Positions 11,705 through 23,448 of a stretch of DNA of 64,000 nucleotides are shown in pieces. Source of the DNA: Macrostomum hystrix. Taxonomy: Eukaryota; Animalia; Platyhelminthes. A program made the translations under genes and the position numbers. The notes under the pieces were generated by a model, which was given only the letters and a program-made list of their open reading frames with translations, had not been told where the DNA came from and searched no databases. The stretch is from assembly GCA_950097015.1 (NCBI GenBank), contig CATNEN010000041.1:186001-250000 (forward strand), given 5' to 3'. The stretch's first letter is position 1. Each line of letters starts with the position of its first letter.

Positions 11705-11923
11705 AAGAGATGAAGCATTTACGAGGCACTTTATAACTAATGTTTATGCACGGATATTCACTTGTTATTTCAAATGATTTCAAATGACCAAGCAGTGGTT
11801 AAATGTGCGGGAGTTCTTCAGAATTGCGAAAAATCTAAAAAAATACCTGCCTATGGCTTGGCTATTTAACTACACTGCTCACAGGCTACGGCCGGACTTG
11901 TTAGAGAATTTGAACTGTGCAGA
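11705..11923. repeat. 219-bp direct repeat, copy 2
   Basis: Matches 10855-11073. Confidence 0.93.
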
Positions 11924-12039
11924 CAGTAGCCTGAGCAGCACTTGGCGTCAGCTTGAGCACAGACTGCGGTGAAGGCGGCAGCCCGCAGCTCCCGCCTGCC
12001 GTGCAAGAACATGCACATCAGAACTCTTGAGAATACACC

Positions 12040-13185
12040 GAACCCATTCTCACACAGTCAGCTGACTGGAACCCATTCTCACACAGTCAGCTGACTGGAA
12101 CCCATCCTCACACATTCAGCTGACTGGAACCCATCCTCATACACATTCAGCTGACTGGAACCCATCCTCACACACAGTCAGCTGACTGGAACCCATCCTC
12201 ATACACAGTCAGCTGACTGGAACCCATCCTCACACATTCAGCTGACTGGAACCCATCCTCACACATTCAGCTGACTGGAACCCATCCTCACACATTCAGC
12301 TGACTGGAACCCATCCTCATACACAGTCAGCTGACTGGAACCCATCCTCACACAGTCAGCTGACTGGAACCCATCCTCATACACAGTCAGCTGACTGGAA
12401 CCCATCCTCACACAGTCAGCTGACTGGAAACCCATCCTCACACACAGTCAGCTGACTGGAACCCATCCTCACACAGTCAGCTGACTGGAACCCATCCTCA
12501 CACAGTCAGCTGACTGGAACCCATCCTCATACATTCAGCTGACTGGAACCCATCCTCACACATTCAGCTGACTGGAACCCATCCTCATACACAGTCAGCT
12601 GACTGGAACCCATCCTCACACAGTCAGCTGACTGGAACCCATCCTCATACACAGTCAGCTGACTGGAACCCATCCTCACACAGTCAGCTGACTGGAACCC
12701 ATCCTCATACACAGTCAGCTGACTGGAACCCATCCTCACACATTCAGCTGACTGGAACCCATCCTCACACACAGTCAGCTGACTGGAACCCATCCTCACA
12801 CATTCAGCTGACTGGAACCCATCCTCACACATTCAGCTGACTGGAACCCATCCTCACACACAGTCAGCTGACTGGAACCCATCCTCACACATTCAGCTGA
12901 CTGGAACCCATCCTCACACATTCAGCTGACTGGAACCCATCCTCATCACAGTCAGCTGACTGGAACCCATCCTCACACACAGTCAGCTGACTGGAACCCA
13001 TCCTCATACACAGTCAGCTGACTGGAACCCATCCTCACACACAGTCAGCTGACTGGAACCCATCCTCACACAGTCAGCTGACTGGAACCCATCCTCACAC
13101 AGTCAGCTGACTGGAACCCATCCTCACACAGTCAGCTGACTGGAACCCATCCTCATACAGTCAGCTGACTGGAACCCATCCTGGA
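12040..13185. repeat. 27-31-bp minisatellite (CAGTCAGCTGACTGGAACCCATCCTCACA[CA]) containing a 14-bp palindrome
   Basis: About 38 copies; unit length varies in the CA/TA tract. Confidence 0.96.
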
Positions 13186-13852
13186 ATAACCTGGTTTATT
13201 CTGCTATCTTGAGATGTAGAGCGTATTTTACAGCGAGCTGTTGGTGAATACACAAATAGAAATAAAAATAATTATATGAACAATATCATTATTAATCTAC
13301 TTATATAGATGATATTACTTTTTACTTTATAAGTAGTGCTATTTGACCATTAAGCTTATAAAGTGTTCAGAGAGCCGAATCGATCAGAGCGGAGCAGTCC
13401 TTGTATGACGGGATCGAGTCCGGATGTAAAAATCCCAGTTTTCATATCTTGCGACTCCGAATTGCTAATCAAATTGCCATTTTATGGCAGCCCACTGTGC
13501 TGACTTCTGCAGAAAATAGTGCAAGTTAATTTTTTTATTCCTCTGAACAGCTGAAGATCTGCCCGAAATTTCCGGCAATGGCTCAATGTTAAAAGTGCGA
13601 ATGAAGTATTCCTTACTAAGAAATATGCCTGCTGGAACTGTCGAGCAGAACCAGACTCGTCACTTTGCCCGCCCGAGTGCTAATTAAGTCAGGTGCGAGA
13701 TGGCCTGATTGCGCTGGCTGGGGACGGGGGCTCCCATATTAGATTTGCCACCTGCATTCAGCTAGCTGACTGCAGCTCTGGGTGGCGGAAACTGCCAGAT
13801 CTGGCAGAGGAAGGAGAGGCCAGGTGCGACAATCTGCTACTGCCCAGTTAGA

Positions 13853-14021
13853 GATGTGAGTGAGTGTGCGTGTGAGTGTGAGTGTGCGTGTGAGTGTGTG
13901 AGTGTGAGTGTGTGTGAGTGTGAGTGTGTGAGTGTGTGTGTGAGTGTGTGTGTGTGTGAGTGTGAGTGTGCGTGTGAGTGTGAGGGTGAGTGTGTGTGCG
14001 TGTGAGTGTGAGTGTGTGTGA
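13853..14021. repeat. (GT/GA) microsatellite
   Basis: GTGAGT/GTGT low-complexity tract. Confidence 0.95.
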
Positions 14022-14389
14022 GTAAGTCGGGTTTGAGCTGTCGGGGTGGAGCTCTGGCCGCAGGGAAATTGAATTCCATCCACAGCGCTTCGGAATTCTT
14101 TAAGAGGCACCCTGGATTAGAGAGGCTTAAAGAAGAAGAATGCTGACTGACTAGCTCTGCGCATTAACTGGCTCTGCTCGCTGACATTGTCACTGATGGG
14201 ATATTGTGTCTCGAGTTCATTTTCCTTGGCTTTGAATCAGGGAGCACATTTGGCTTTTATGAATTTCGTAATGGCCTTCTCTGTTGGCCTATTTGAGGTG
14301 TAAAGGGCCTCAGTAGCTTAAGGCAGAAGTTTCGCTCGATATTTTTACAGACTAGGCCAATTTAATTACTGTTTGGAATGAATCTCGGT

Positions 14390-15251
14390 GAGAATTGAGT
14401 GAGGATGTCAGTTGGGAATTGAGTGAGGATGTCAGTTGGGAATTGAGTGCGGATGTCAGTTGGGAATTGAGTGCGGATGTCAGGTGGGAATTGAGTGAGG
14501 ATGTCAGTTGGGAATTGAGTGCGGATGTCAGTTGGGAATTGAGTGCGGATGTCAGGAGGGAATTGAGTGCGGATGTCAGGAGGGAATTGAGTGCGGATGT
14601 CAGGTGGGAATTAAGTGCGGATGTCAGGTGGGAATTGAGTGCGGATGTCAGGAGGGAATTGAGTGCGGATGTCAGGAGGGAATTGAGTGCGGATGTCAGG
14701 TGGGAATTGAGTGCGGATGTCAGGTGGGAATTAAGTGCGGATGTCAGGTGGGAATTAAGTGCGGATGTCAGGTGGGAATTAAGTGCGGATGTCAGGTGGG
14801 AATTAAGTGCGGATGTCAGGAGGGAATTGAGTGCGGATGTCAGGTGGGAATTGAGTGCGGATGTCAGGTGGGAATTAAGTGCGGATGTCAGGTGGGAATT
14901 GAGTGCGGATGTCAGGTGGGAATTGAGTGCGGATGTCAGGTGGGAATTGAGTGCGGATGTCAGGTGGGAAGTGAGTGCGGATGTCAGGTGGGGAATTGAG
15001 TGCGGATGTCAGGTGGGAATTGAGTGCGGATGTCAGGTGCGGAATTGAGTGCGGATGTCAGGTGGGAATTGAGTGCGGATGTCAGGTGGGAATTGAGTGC
15101 GGATGTCAGGTGGGAATTGAGTGCGGATGTCAGGTGGGAATTGAGTGCGGATGTCAGGAGGGAATTGAGTGCGGATGTCAGGTGGGAATTGAGTGCGGAT
15201 GTCAGGAGGGAATTGAGTGCGGATGTCAGGTGGGAATTGAGTGCGGATGTC
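14390..15251. repeat. 24-bp minisatellite (GAATTGAGTGCGGATGTCAGGTGG)
   Basis: About 35 copies; part of it is duplicated at ~16820-17178. Confidence 0.96.
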
Positions 15252-16064
15252 GGTATCAGCATCATAAATCCCAGTTAGCTGAGAAAAATTCTGCTCCCAT
15301 GAACAGTGCTGTTGAGGATCGCTTCCTCTGTTTGATGTCCCTCCGCTGTACTGGGCTGAGCTGATCCCCAGTTTTGGCAGCAGATATTTTACAGCCCATG
15401 TCAGCCTTGATGGCTCATGGTTTCCGCGCGACCTCGCGACCCGGCCTCGCCACAGTTGATTGTGCACGGTGGGGTTCATAGTTGGTATTAAGCTTTCGTT
15501 TCGAGACACCTCTCATGTTAGCAGCTATCTAGGCAGTGTTCAGTCCCTGATTTTGAACTAGAAAAGCACAAGCTTTATAGAATGGCCCTCTGTGTGTAAA
15601 GCTTTCAGATCTTTTCATATTTTACGAAAAAAAATTTTTAGTAACAAGCGCTAAAATAAACTGAATTAAAAATAGTCGTAAAAGTACACCCGCCTAGATC
15701 TGATTTTCGTCTGGGAACTCGTGAATGCCTCGCTTGCCGGGCTTCGGGGGTATCGACGGGCAGCCGGAGACGAGCCGCAGAGCCACTGGAGAGTGCGGCG
15801 GGTGAATGACAGCTTGATGGACATGTTTTATCATCCTGAGCTAAGGAATTATCACTGTCATGTGGACTCACCAGACAGGAAAGTTATGCAGAGCAGCAAA
15901 AGCCTGATTTCTGTCTGATTTCCGCTTGAGTCTAATCTCAATGGATATTCGCGCGCGTATTTCAGCCTGGCTCCCGCTAGACCTTTAAATCAAGCTCAGG
16001 CTGGACCATAGACAGCGGCTACTGCCAGTCCGGTCAAACAAGTCACAAGATCACAAGATCTATT

Positions 16065-16405
16065 GCGAGTGTAGTGAGCACAGATTCTATATTACCTATA
16101 TTACCTATTCTATATTAGGTAATATAGAATCTGTGGTAGTGAGTGCCCTGCGAGTGTAGTGAGTGCCCTGCAAGTGTAGTGAGTGCCCTGCGAGTGTAGC
16201 GAGTGCCCTGCGAGTGTAGTGAGTGCCCTGCGAGTGTAGTGAGTGCCCTGCGAGTGTAGTGAGTGCCCTGCGAGTGTAGTGAGTGCCCCGCGAGTGTAGT
16301 GAGTGCCCTGCGAGTGTAGCGAGTGCCCTGCGAGTGTAGTGAGTGCCCTGCGAGTGTAGCGAGTGCCCTGCAAGTGTAGTGAGTGCCCTGCGAGTGTAGT
16401 GAGTG
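16065..16405. repeat. 20-bp minisatellite (GCGAGTGTAGTGAGTGCCCT)
   Basis: About 14 copies, first unit interrupted by a hairpin insertion; duplicated at 17994-18334. Confidence 0.93.
16079..16135. mobile_element. 57-bp hairpin micro-element (20-bp perfect TIRs, 8-bp flanking duplication GTAGTGAG)
   Basis: CACAGATTCTATATTACCTA (16079-16098) is the exact reverse complement of 16116-16135. GTAGTGAG lies at 16071-16078 and 16136-16143. Second copy at 18008-18064. Confidence 0.6.
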
Positions 16406-16819
16406 CTCTGCCAGTGCGGTGACAGTCTGAGCATGAAATTTCGGACCAGTTCTGATCAGCTCATGGCTGAGCACAGCTCTCAGTCTCTGTCGAGCAGGCA
16501 TCGGCTGTCCCCTGAGTGCAATCAGCTGTGCCCGCCTGATTGAATTTGCATGGCGCTAATCAGCGGCCATCCTCGGTAATGACTGGACGGGGGGACCTGC
16601 GGCTCCTGGCCACTGTCGGCTTCTCTGAACTCAACTCACTGCACAACTCACAGACCTTACAGACCACCGCTGGCTAGCTCAGCTCGAATGTGATTTGCAC
16701 AATTTGTCATTTTGTTAGTTAAGAAACCATGCTTCTACTGGCATGAAAATCTGGGTCAGCTAGAATTTTAACGACTCGGGATTAAACAATATGAGGATTT
16801 TGCGTTTTTAGGGAATTTT

Positions 16820-18748
16820 AGGGAATTGAGTGCGGATGTCAGGTGGGAATTGAGTGCGGATGTCAGGTGGGAATTGAGTGCGGATGTCAGGTGGGAAGTG
16901 AGTGCGGATGTCAGGTGGGGAATTGAGTGCGGATGTCAGGTGGGAATTGAGTGCGGATGTCAGGTGCGGAATTGAGTGCGGATGTCAGGTGGGAATTGAG
17001 TGCGGATGTCAGGTGGGAATTGAGTGCGGATGTCAGGTGGGAATTGAGTGCGGATGTCAGGTGGGAATTGAGTGCGGATGTCAGGAGGGAATTGAGTGCG
17101 GATGTCAGGTGGGAATTGAGTGCGGATGTCAGGAGGGAATTGAGTGCGGATGTCAGGTGGGAATTGAGTGCGGATGTCGGTATCAGCATCATAAATCCCA
17201 GTTAGCTGAGAAAAATTCTGCTCCCATGAACAGTGCTGTTGAGGATCGCTTCCTCTGTTTGATGTCCCTCCGCTGTACTGGGCTGAGCTGATCCCCAGTT
17301 TTGGCAGCAGATATTTTACAGCCCATGTCAGCCTTGATGGCTCATGGTTTCCGCGCGACCTCGCGACCCGGCCTCGCCACAGTTGATTGTGCACGGTGGG
17401 GTTCATAGTTGGTATTAAGCTTTCGTTTCGAGACACCTCTCATGTTAGCAGCTATCTAGGCAGTGTTCAGTCCCTGATTTTGAACTAGAAAAGCACAAGC
17501 TTTATAGAATGGGCCCTCTGTGTGTAAAGCTTTCAGATCTTTTCATATTTTACGAAAAAAAAATTTTTAGTAACAAGCGCTAAAATAAACTGAATTAAAA
17601 ATAGTCGTAAAAGTACACCCGCCTAGATCTGATTTTCGTCTGGGAACTCGTGAATGCCTCGCTTGCCGGGCTTCGGGGGTATCGACGGGCAGCCGGAGAC
17701 GAGCCGCAGAGCCACTGGAGAGTGCGGCGGGTGAATGACAGCTTGATGGACATGTTTTATCATCCTGAGCTAAGGAATTATCACTGTCATGTGGACTCAC
17801 CAGACAGGAAAGTTATGCAGAGCAGCAAAAGCCTGATTTCTGTCTGATTTCCGCTTGAGTCTAATCTCAATGGATATTCGCGCGCGTATTTCAGCCTGGC
17901 TCCCGCTAGACCTTTAAATCAAGCTCAGGCTGGACCATAGACAGCGGCTACTGCCAGTCCGGTCAAACAAGTCACAAGATCACAAGATCTATTGCGAGTG
18001 TAGTGAGCACAGATTCTATATTACCTATATTACCTATTCTATATTAGGTAATATAGAATCTGTGGTAGTGAGTGCCCTGCGAGTGTAGTGAGTGCCCTGC
18101 AAGTGTAGTGAGTGCCCTGCGAGTGTAGCGAGTGCCCTGCGAGTGTAGTGAGTGCCCTGCGAGTGTAGTGAGTGCCCTGCGAGTGTAGTGAGTGCCCTGC
18201 GAGTGTAGTGAGTGCCCCGCGAGTGTAGTGAGTGCCCTGCGAGTGTAGCGAGTGCCCTGCGAGTGTAGTGAGTGCCCTGCGAGTGTAGCGAGTGCCCTGC
18301 AAGTGTAGTGAGTGCCCTGCGAGTGTAGTGAGTGCTCTGCCAGTGCGGTGACAGTCTGAGCATGAAATTTCGGACCAGTTCTGATCAGCTCATGGCTGAG
18401 CACAGCTCTCAGTCTCTGTCGAGCAGGCATCGGCTGTCCCCTGAGTGCAATCAGCTGTGCCCGCCTGATTGAATTTGCATGGCGCTAATCAGCGGCCATC
18501 CTCGGTAATGACTGGACGGGGGGACCTGCGGCTCCTGGCCACTGTCGGCTTCTCTGAACTCAACTCACTGCACAACTCACAGACCTTACAGACCACCGCT
18601 GGCTAGCTCAGCTCGAATGTGATTTGCACAATTTGTCATTTTGTTAGTTAAGAAACCATGCTTCTACTGGCATGAAAATCTGGGTCAGCTAGAATTTTAA
18701 CGACTCGGGATTAAACAATATGAGGATTTTGCGTTTTTAGGGAATTTT
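16820..18748. repeat. ~1.93-kb tandem segmental duplication, copy 2
   Basis: Matches copy 1 apart from homopolymer-length differences. Confidence 0.92.
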
Positions 18749-19539
18749 TAATTGAAGGATTTGAGCTGTGATTTGATAGGACTTAAGCAAGTTGGATTGC
18801 AAATAAACGTACCATTGATTATTGATGCTGGTGGAAATTCAGTTTTATCTGTCAGTTCACTAGTTTGAAGCAGAACCGGCATTGCGTGCATGAAGTGCTC
18901 CCCATCCGTCCCGGGCAGGTGGGACCTGCCACACAGCCCAGCCCCGCCCCTGGACTCACTCCAACTCTGCCGAACTTGCCGGTTGCTCAGTCTCCCTCAC
19001 GAATCTGCCAGGATCAGACACTCGACAGTCCATTGTGGCAACAGCAGCAGCAGCAGCAGCAAATCTCATTTTCATTAGGCAGGAGCCGGCCCCGCAGCCT
19101 GCACGGCAATTGAAGTGACAGGCAATCAGGCCGGATCCCCGTGGAGGAGCGCTAGTCTTTATCGTTCCCCTAACAGACCAGGAGTGGGAGATTTTCGGGA
19201 AGAAATTTCTGCCAGACTGGGAAAAAGAGAGGAGAAACTCGAGCCCGCCCGAGGACGGAATGGGAAGCAGGGGCTGAGCAGCGGCGGCTCGAGTTCTGCG
19301 AGCTGCCAAGACGCTGACCAGATGAAATTTGAAACAGCCTCGTGATCGAATTGTAAGAACAAGTTTTGCGGCCCAATGAACTGCATGTGTGTCTGAGGGT
19401 CCTACATCATTATCCCAGTATCTCATATCCCTCTTCGAACCCACTATTAACCTCTACCTGTCGCATCTCTCATCTCCATGCCACATCTCTCATCTCACTG
19501 TCTTATCTCTCATCCCACTGTCGTATCTCTAATCTACCT

Positions 19540-19660
19540 GTCGCTTCTCTAATCTCCCTGTCGCATCTCTAATCTCCCTGTCGCATCTCTAATCTCCCTG
19601 TCGCATCTCTAATCTCCCTGTCGCATCTCTCATATCCCTGTCGCATCTCTCATCGCCCTG
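19540..19660. repeat. 20-bp tandem repeat (CTGTCGCATCTCTAATCTCC)
   Basis: About 6 copies plus a degenerate upstream flank. Confidence 0.88.
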
Positions 19661-20092
19661 CCCATTGATTTAAAAGTTCAGTTGAGTTGAGTCGAGTTCG
19701 CACATGCTGTTATGAGTGATGGCTGTAAATCAATCGCGCTCTGCATGGCAACATCGCGGCCACGGCCACACGGCCACAGTTTCATGGCCACACGGCTCTG
19801 GAGTGCACGGATCAGCCCTGTGTGCATTGAATAAAACGCTAAGCATTGCTAACTGTGAGCGGACTGGCTGGGTCAAGTGGGGCCGGAGCGGTTGTCCTGA
19901 TTGCGGGTCTGGCGAGTGCTGCGGGCAGAACAGCTGCTTCAACCAGGACCTCTCAGCGCCGCCCTCCGCCTCTCTGGTCCTCTGCAAACTGGCCGCTAAT
20001 CCTGAGCCGCATTGTTCTGCGCCAGCTGGTTAATTCTGGAGAGACGGGAAGGGACTGGGCGGGTGGCAGCTGAGGATGGCTGTCTGGCATGG

Positions 20093-20495
20093 AACAGACA
20101 GACACCCAAAACAGACAGACAGACATCCTGAACAGACAGACAGACACCCAGAACAGAAAGACACCCAAAACAGACAGACAGACAGACACCCTGAACAGAC
20201 AGACAGACACCCAGAACAGACAGACACCCAAAACAGACAGACAGACACCCAGAACAGACAGACACCCAAAACAGACAGACAGACAGACACCCTGAACAGA
20301 CAGACAGACACCCAGAACAGACAGACACCCAAAACAGACAGACAGACACCCAGAATAGACAGACACCCTGAACAGACAGACACCCAAAACAGACAGACAA
20401 CTAGAACAGACAGGCGGACAAACAGAACAGACACTCAGAACAGACAGTCAAAAAGAACAGACAGACAACTAGAACAGACAGACAGACACCCAGAA
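20093..20495. repeat. (ACAG)n-based compound repeat (ACAGACAGACACCCAGA/AAA)
   Basis: Direct reading. Confidence 0.92.
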
Positions 20496-20840
20496 CAGCA
20501 ATACAGAATGGATTTTCTCCCATCTGCAGGATCAGCGGGTCATACAGCGGTTGCAGGCGGCTCTCTTCCTCATTTCCCCAATTTCCAAATCCCATTTTCT
20601 TCTCGCTCCAGCGCGCACGCACGAATGGCTGATTTGGGGATCCGGGAGCAGAGGGGATCAGGCCAGCCAGTCAGAGCTGCTCTGGCCTCCGCTCCGGGCT
20701 TCCAGCTTATCTTAGCCGCTTCTTCTTGGCAGGGCGAGAGTGAGCAGCTTTCAGACAGATCCCAAATCCCCGTTGCCTTGCCACAATCAGTGAGAGCGTC
20801 ATCTCTGCCAACCAAAACCCCCCAGAGTCCGCCAGTCGTC

Positions 20841-20925
20841 ATGGCCGCCTCGGCAGCGCGGGATCTGACGGGATACGCGATTTTGCTGGCCCAGGACCTG
20901 GTCACCGACCGCTGCCGCCTGCTGG
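20841..20925 (+). CDS. Putative exon 1 of an unidentified gene (MAASAARDLTGYAILLAQDLVTDRCRLL)
   Basis: ATG in good context, GC3-rich codons, GTGAGC donor at 20926 (phase 1) compatible with the exon at 21295. Confidence 0.6.
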
Positions 20926-20964
20926 GTGAGCACTGCTCACCCTGTTCACTCTGCTTCTGCTTAG

Positions 20965-21192
20965 TCTCTGAGTCCATGTCTCTGAGTCCATGTCTCTGAG
21001 ACCATGTCTATGAGTCCATGTCTATGAGACCATGTCTATGAGACCATGTCTATGAGTCCATGTCTATGAGTCCATGTCTATGAGTCCATGTCTATGAGTC
21101 CATGTCTATGAGTCCATGTCTATGAGTCCATGTCTATGAGTCCATGTCTCTGAGACCATGTCTATGAGTCCATGTCTATGAGTCCATGTCTA
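20965..21192. repeat. 14-bp minisatellite (GAGTCCATGTCTAT)
   Basis: About 16 copies just after the donor. Confidence 0.93.
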
Positions 21193-21294
21193 TTTGAGTT
21201 CGGGTCTAGACAAGCGAAGTGTTACAGAATCGATTTTTATGGGGGATAAAATGCTCCTATTTGATTTCGTCCATCCCGCATCTCGTACATTCAG

Positions 21295-21413
21295 GAGTCA
21301 GCAACGATTACATTGAAGGCTGCTTTGATGAAGTCTTCTCAATCAACGACATCCCCATGTCGGACATTGTTGGCTGCGCGGACGATGATCAAAGAATGGT
21401 GCTGATCGAGATG
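21295..21413 (+). CDS. Putative exon 2 of an unidentified gene (GVSNDYIEGCFDEVFSINDIPMSDIVGCADDDQRMVLIEM)
   Basis: CAG acceptor at 21292-21294, phase 1 fits exon 1; GTGAGT donor at 21414. Confidence 0.6.
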
Positions 21414-23448
21414 GTGAGTTTACTAAGTGTACATTCAGGGATGCTCTGAAGGATCGGGGGTGCTCTGAGGGTTGGGGATGCTCTGAAGGATCAGGGAATG
21501 CAGTGTAGCAGGGTTATAAAGTGAGGAATCGAATGTTTAGCACCGTTAACTTTGCAGGAGCGCATTGGTCAGACAGGCACTCGTTATTTTTCTATTTCTG
21601 TGTGCACTTCAGCATCATCACCCATATTAGTGCAGTGTGCAGTAGCAGTAAGTCTGGGATTGAATAATGAATTCGCTCACAGCCCATCCAGCACGGATTG
21701 GGGACAGATTTGAATAATTTTCCCTAAGCCACAGAACTCACTCAGGTGAAGTGACGGACATCGAAATCACAGCAGGGCAGGCAGCTTCAATGAATGCCAG
21801 ACCCTTTAAGCTCTATATCTGTACAAGGCCATGCTAAATCGCTGCCATGAATCTGGTGGAGTGGCTCTTCTCCAATTTCAGTGGATAATTCACTAGCCGT
21901 CTCATTTCAGAGTGCTAGCCATTATGGTGCAATCTCTTGGTTTGCTACATGGCAGACAAACCTCATCCGTAAAAATTAATTAATCACCAGCTGCGTTGCT
22001 GGTCTTTTGCCGATCTCAGATCAATTTTAGCAATTCCATTAAGATGAAGGAAGCTTAACCTTAAACAGGGATTTAGTGAGCACATACAAACATTGAGTAC
22101 CTAGAATTACGTGTAGAAAATACTCGCACACTCGCACAGAATTTCTCGCACACTATGGGGCTTGTACTCATGCACTTTCCTTCGGCGCGTGAGTTTTTTC
22201 TTTCTATTGGCAGAAAAATATTAAATAATCTAGTTATTTTTTAAGTGAAATATAAGTACCAATATGCTGCGTTCTTATGGCCAAATTATTTTCCTTACTT
22301 TTTTTATTGTGCCACAGTTAAGATGCTTGTAAATTGAAATTTGGCAAAGTAAATTAATGTGAATTAGTTATAATCTGCATAAACTTTCAAAAATTAGAAT
22401 CGACCAAGAAATCGGAAGACATAAGGAAGCGTGCAGCATGCATGTTGATTCATAGGTAAAATTGTTTACTAATGGTGGTTGTATGCTGGCTAAAATTCTT
22501 AAAATAAGTTAATTACAAGGATGGATATTTATTTTTTAATAAGCACGTTTATATTTCTATCACGTCTCAACTAATATCTGTTAAGTCAAGTCAAGGCAGC
22601 CAATCGTCTTAATGAATATTTTTTCTAAATATATATAATGGCTCACTTTTAGAAAAATCCTGGGTTGATATGTTAGAAAATCAAACTTACTCAGAAGTTG
22701 ACATGTTAAACACTCGTACATTGCTAGACATCTAGACTTAATTTCAAGTTCTTGACTATAAGATGTTGAAGGGCGATATTTAGCTACTTCAGTAAGTGTT
22801 GTTTCTTTGAATTTTTTATTTATGCGAAGCTATCAATGCAGCCGTTAACTTTTTCGATGACAACTAAAAATGCTTAACCGTGGTAGTGGGTTTATTCACT
22901 TTCCTCAACCTTTTCCTGTACACTAGTGTTCACTAAACAATCAATTTTAAAAATGTTATAGGTAGGCCTAGCTATTTATTAGATATCTGGTTTCATAATA
23001 TAAATTCAAATGGTTCTTAAGGCTAAAACCCAATACTATTTTTGCTTTTAAGTTTAAGTGACAATTGACACAGTATATTATGTCTTTATTTATATAGCCT
23101 TAGGTTCACTAAAGTTTTTATCAAATGTCACATATTACCCCTGAAGTTTTTTATTCAGATCTTAAATAAATGGTTAAAAACTATCAAATTTACTTTCCTA
23201 ACAGCCAGGAAATTGAAGAAATAAAGTGAAGTTTTTTGTCTAATATATGTGTAATTCTATAGCCCCGAGTTTTTATTCCTATTGTTAAGTTCTATAGTTG
23301 GCATTGGCAAAGTATCCTCTATATGAGTAAGATAATTATATGTTTAAATTCTTCAATGTAGGCCATTGATGAAATGTAATTCAGTGAGGAAATTATTTTT
23401 TTGTGTGCAAAGGTGTTTGTTCAATATTTTTGCTAAAGAATATTTTAA

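Larger units (their letters stand above)
14893..16819. repeat. ~1.93-kb tandem segmental duplication, copy 1
   Basis: Near-identical to 16820-18748 (offset 1927-1929); the left boundary lies inside the 24-bp array and is approximate. Confidence 0.92.

Noticed and set aside
10861-11921. LTR/TRIM element call
   Set aside because: No TSD, PBS or PPT, and homology extends beyond TG...CA; kept only as a direct repeat
12040-13185. CRISPR-like array of palindromic repeats
   Set aside because: No unique spacers, no cas genes, eukaryotic context
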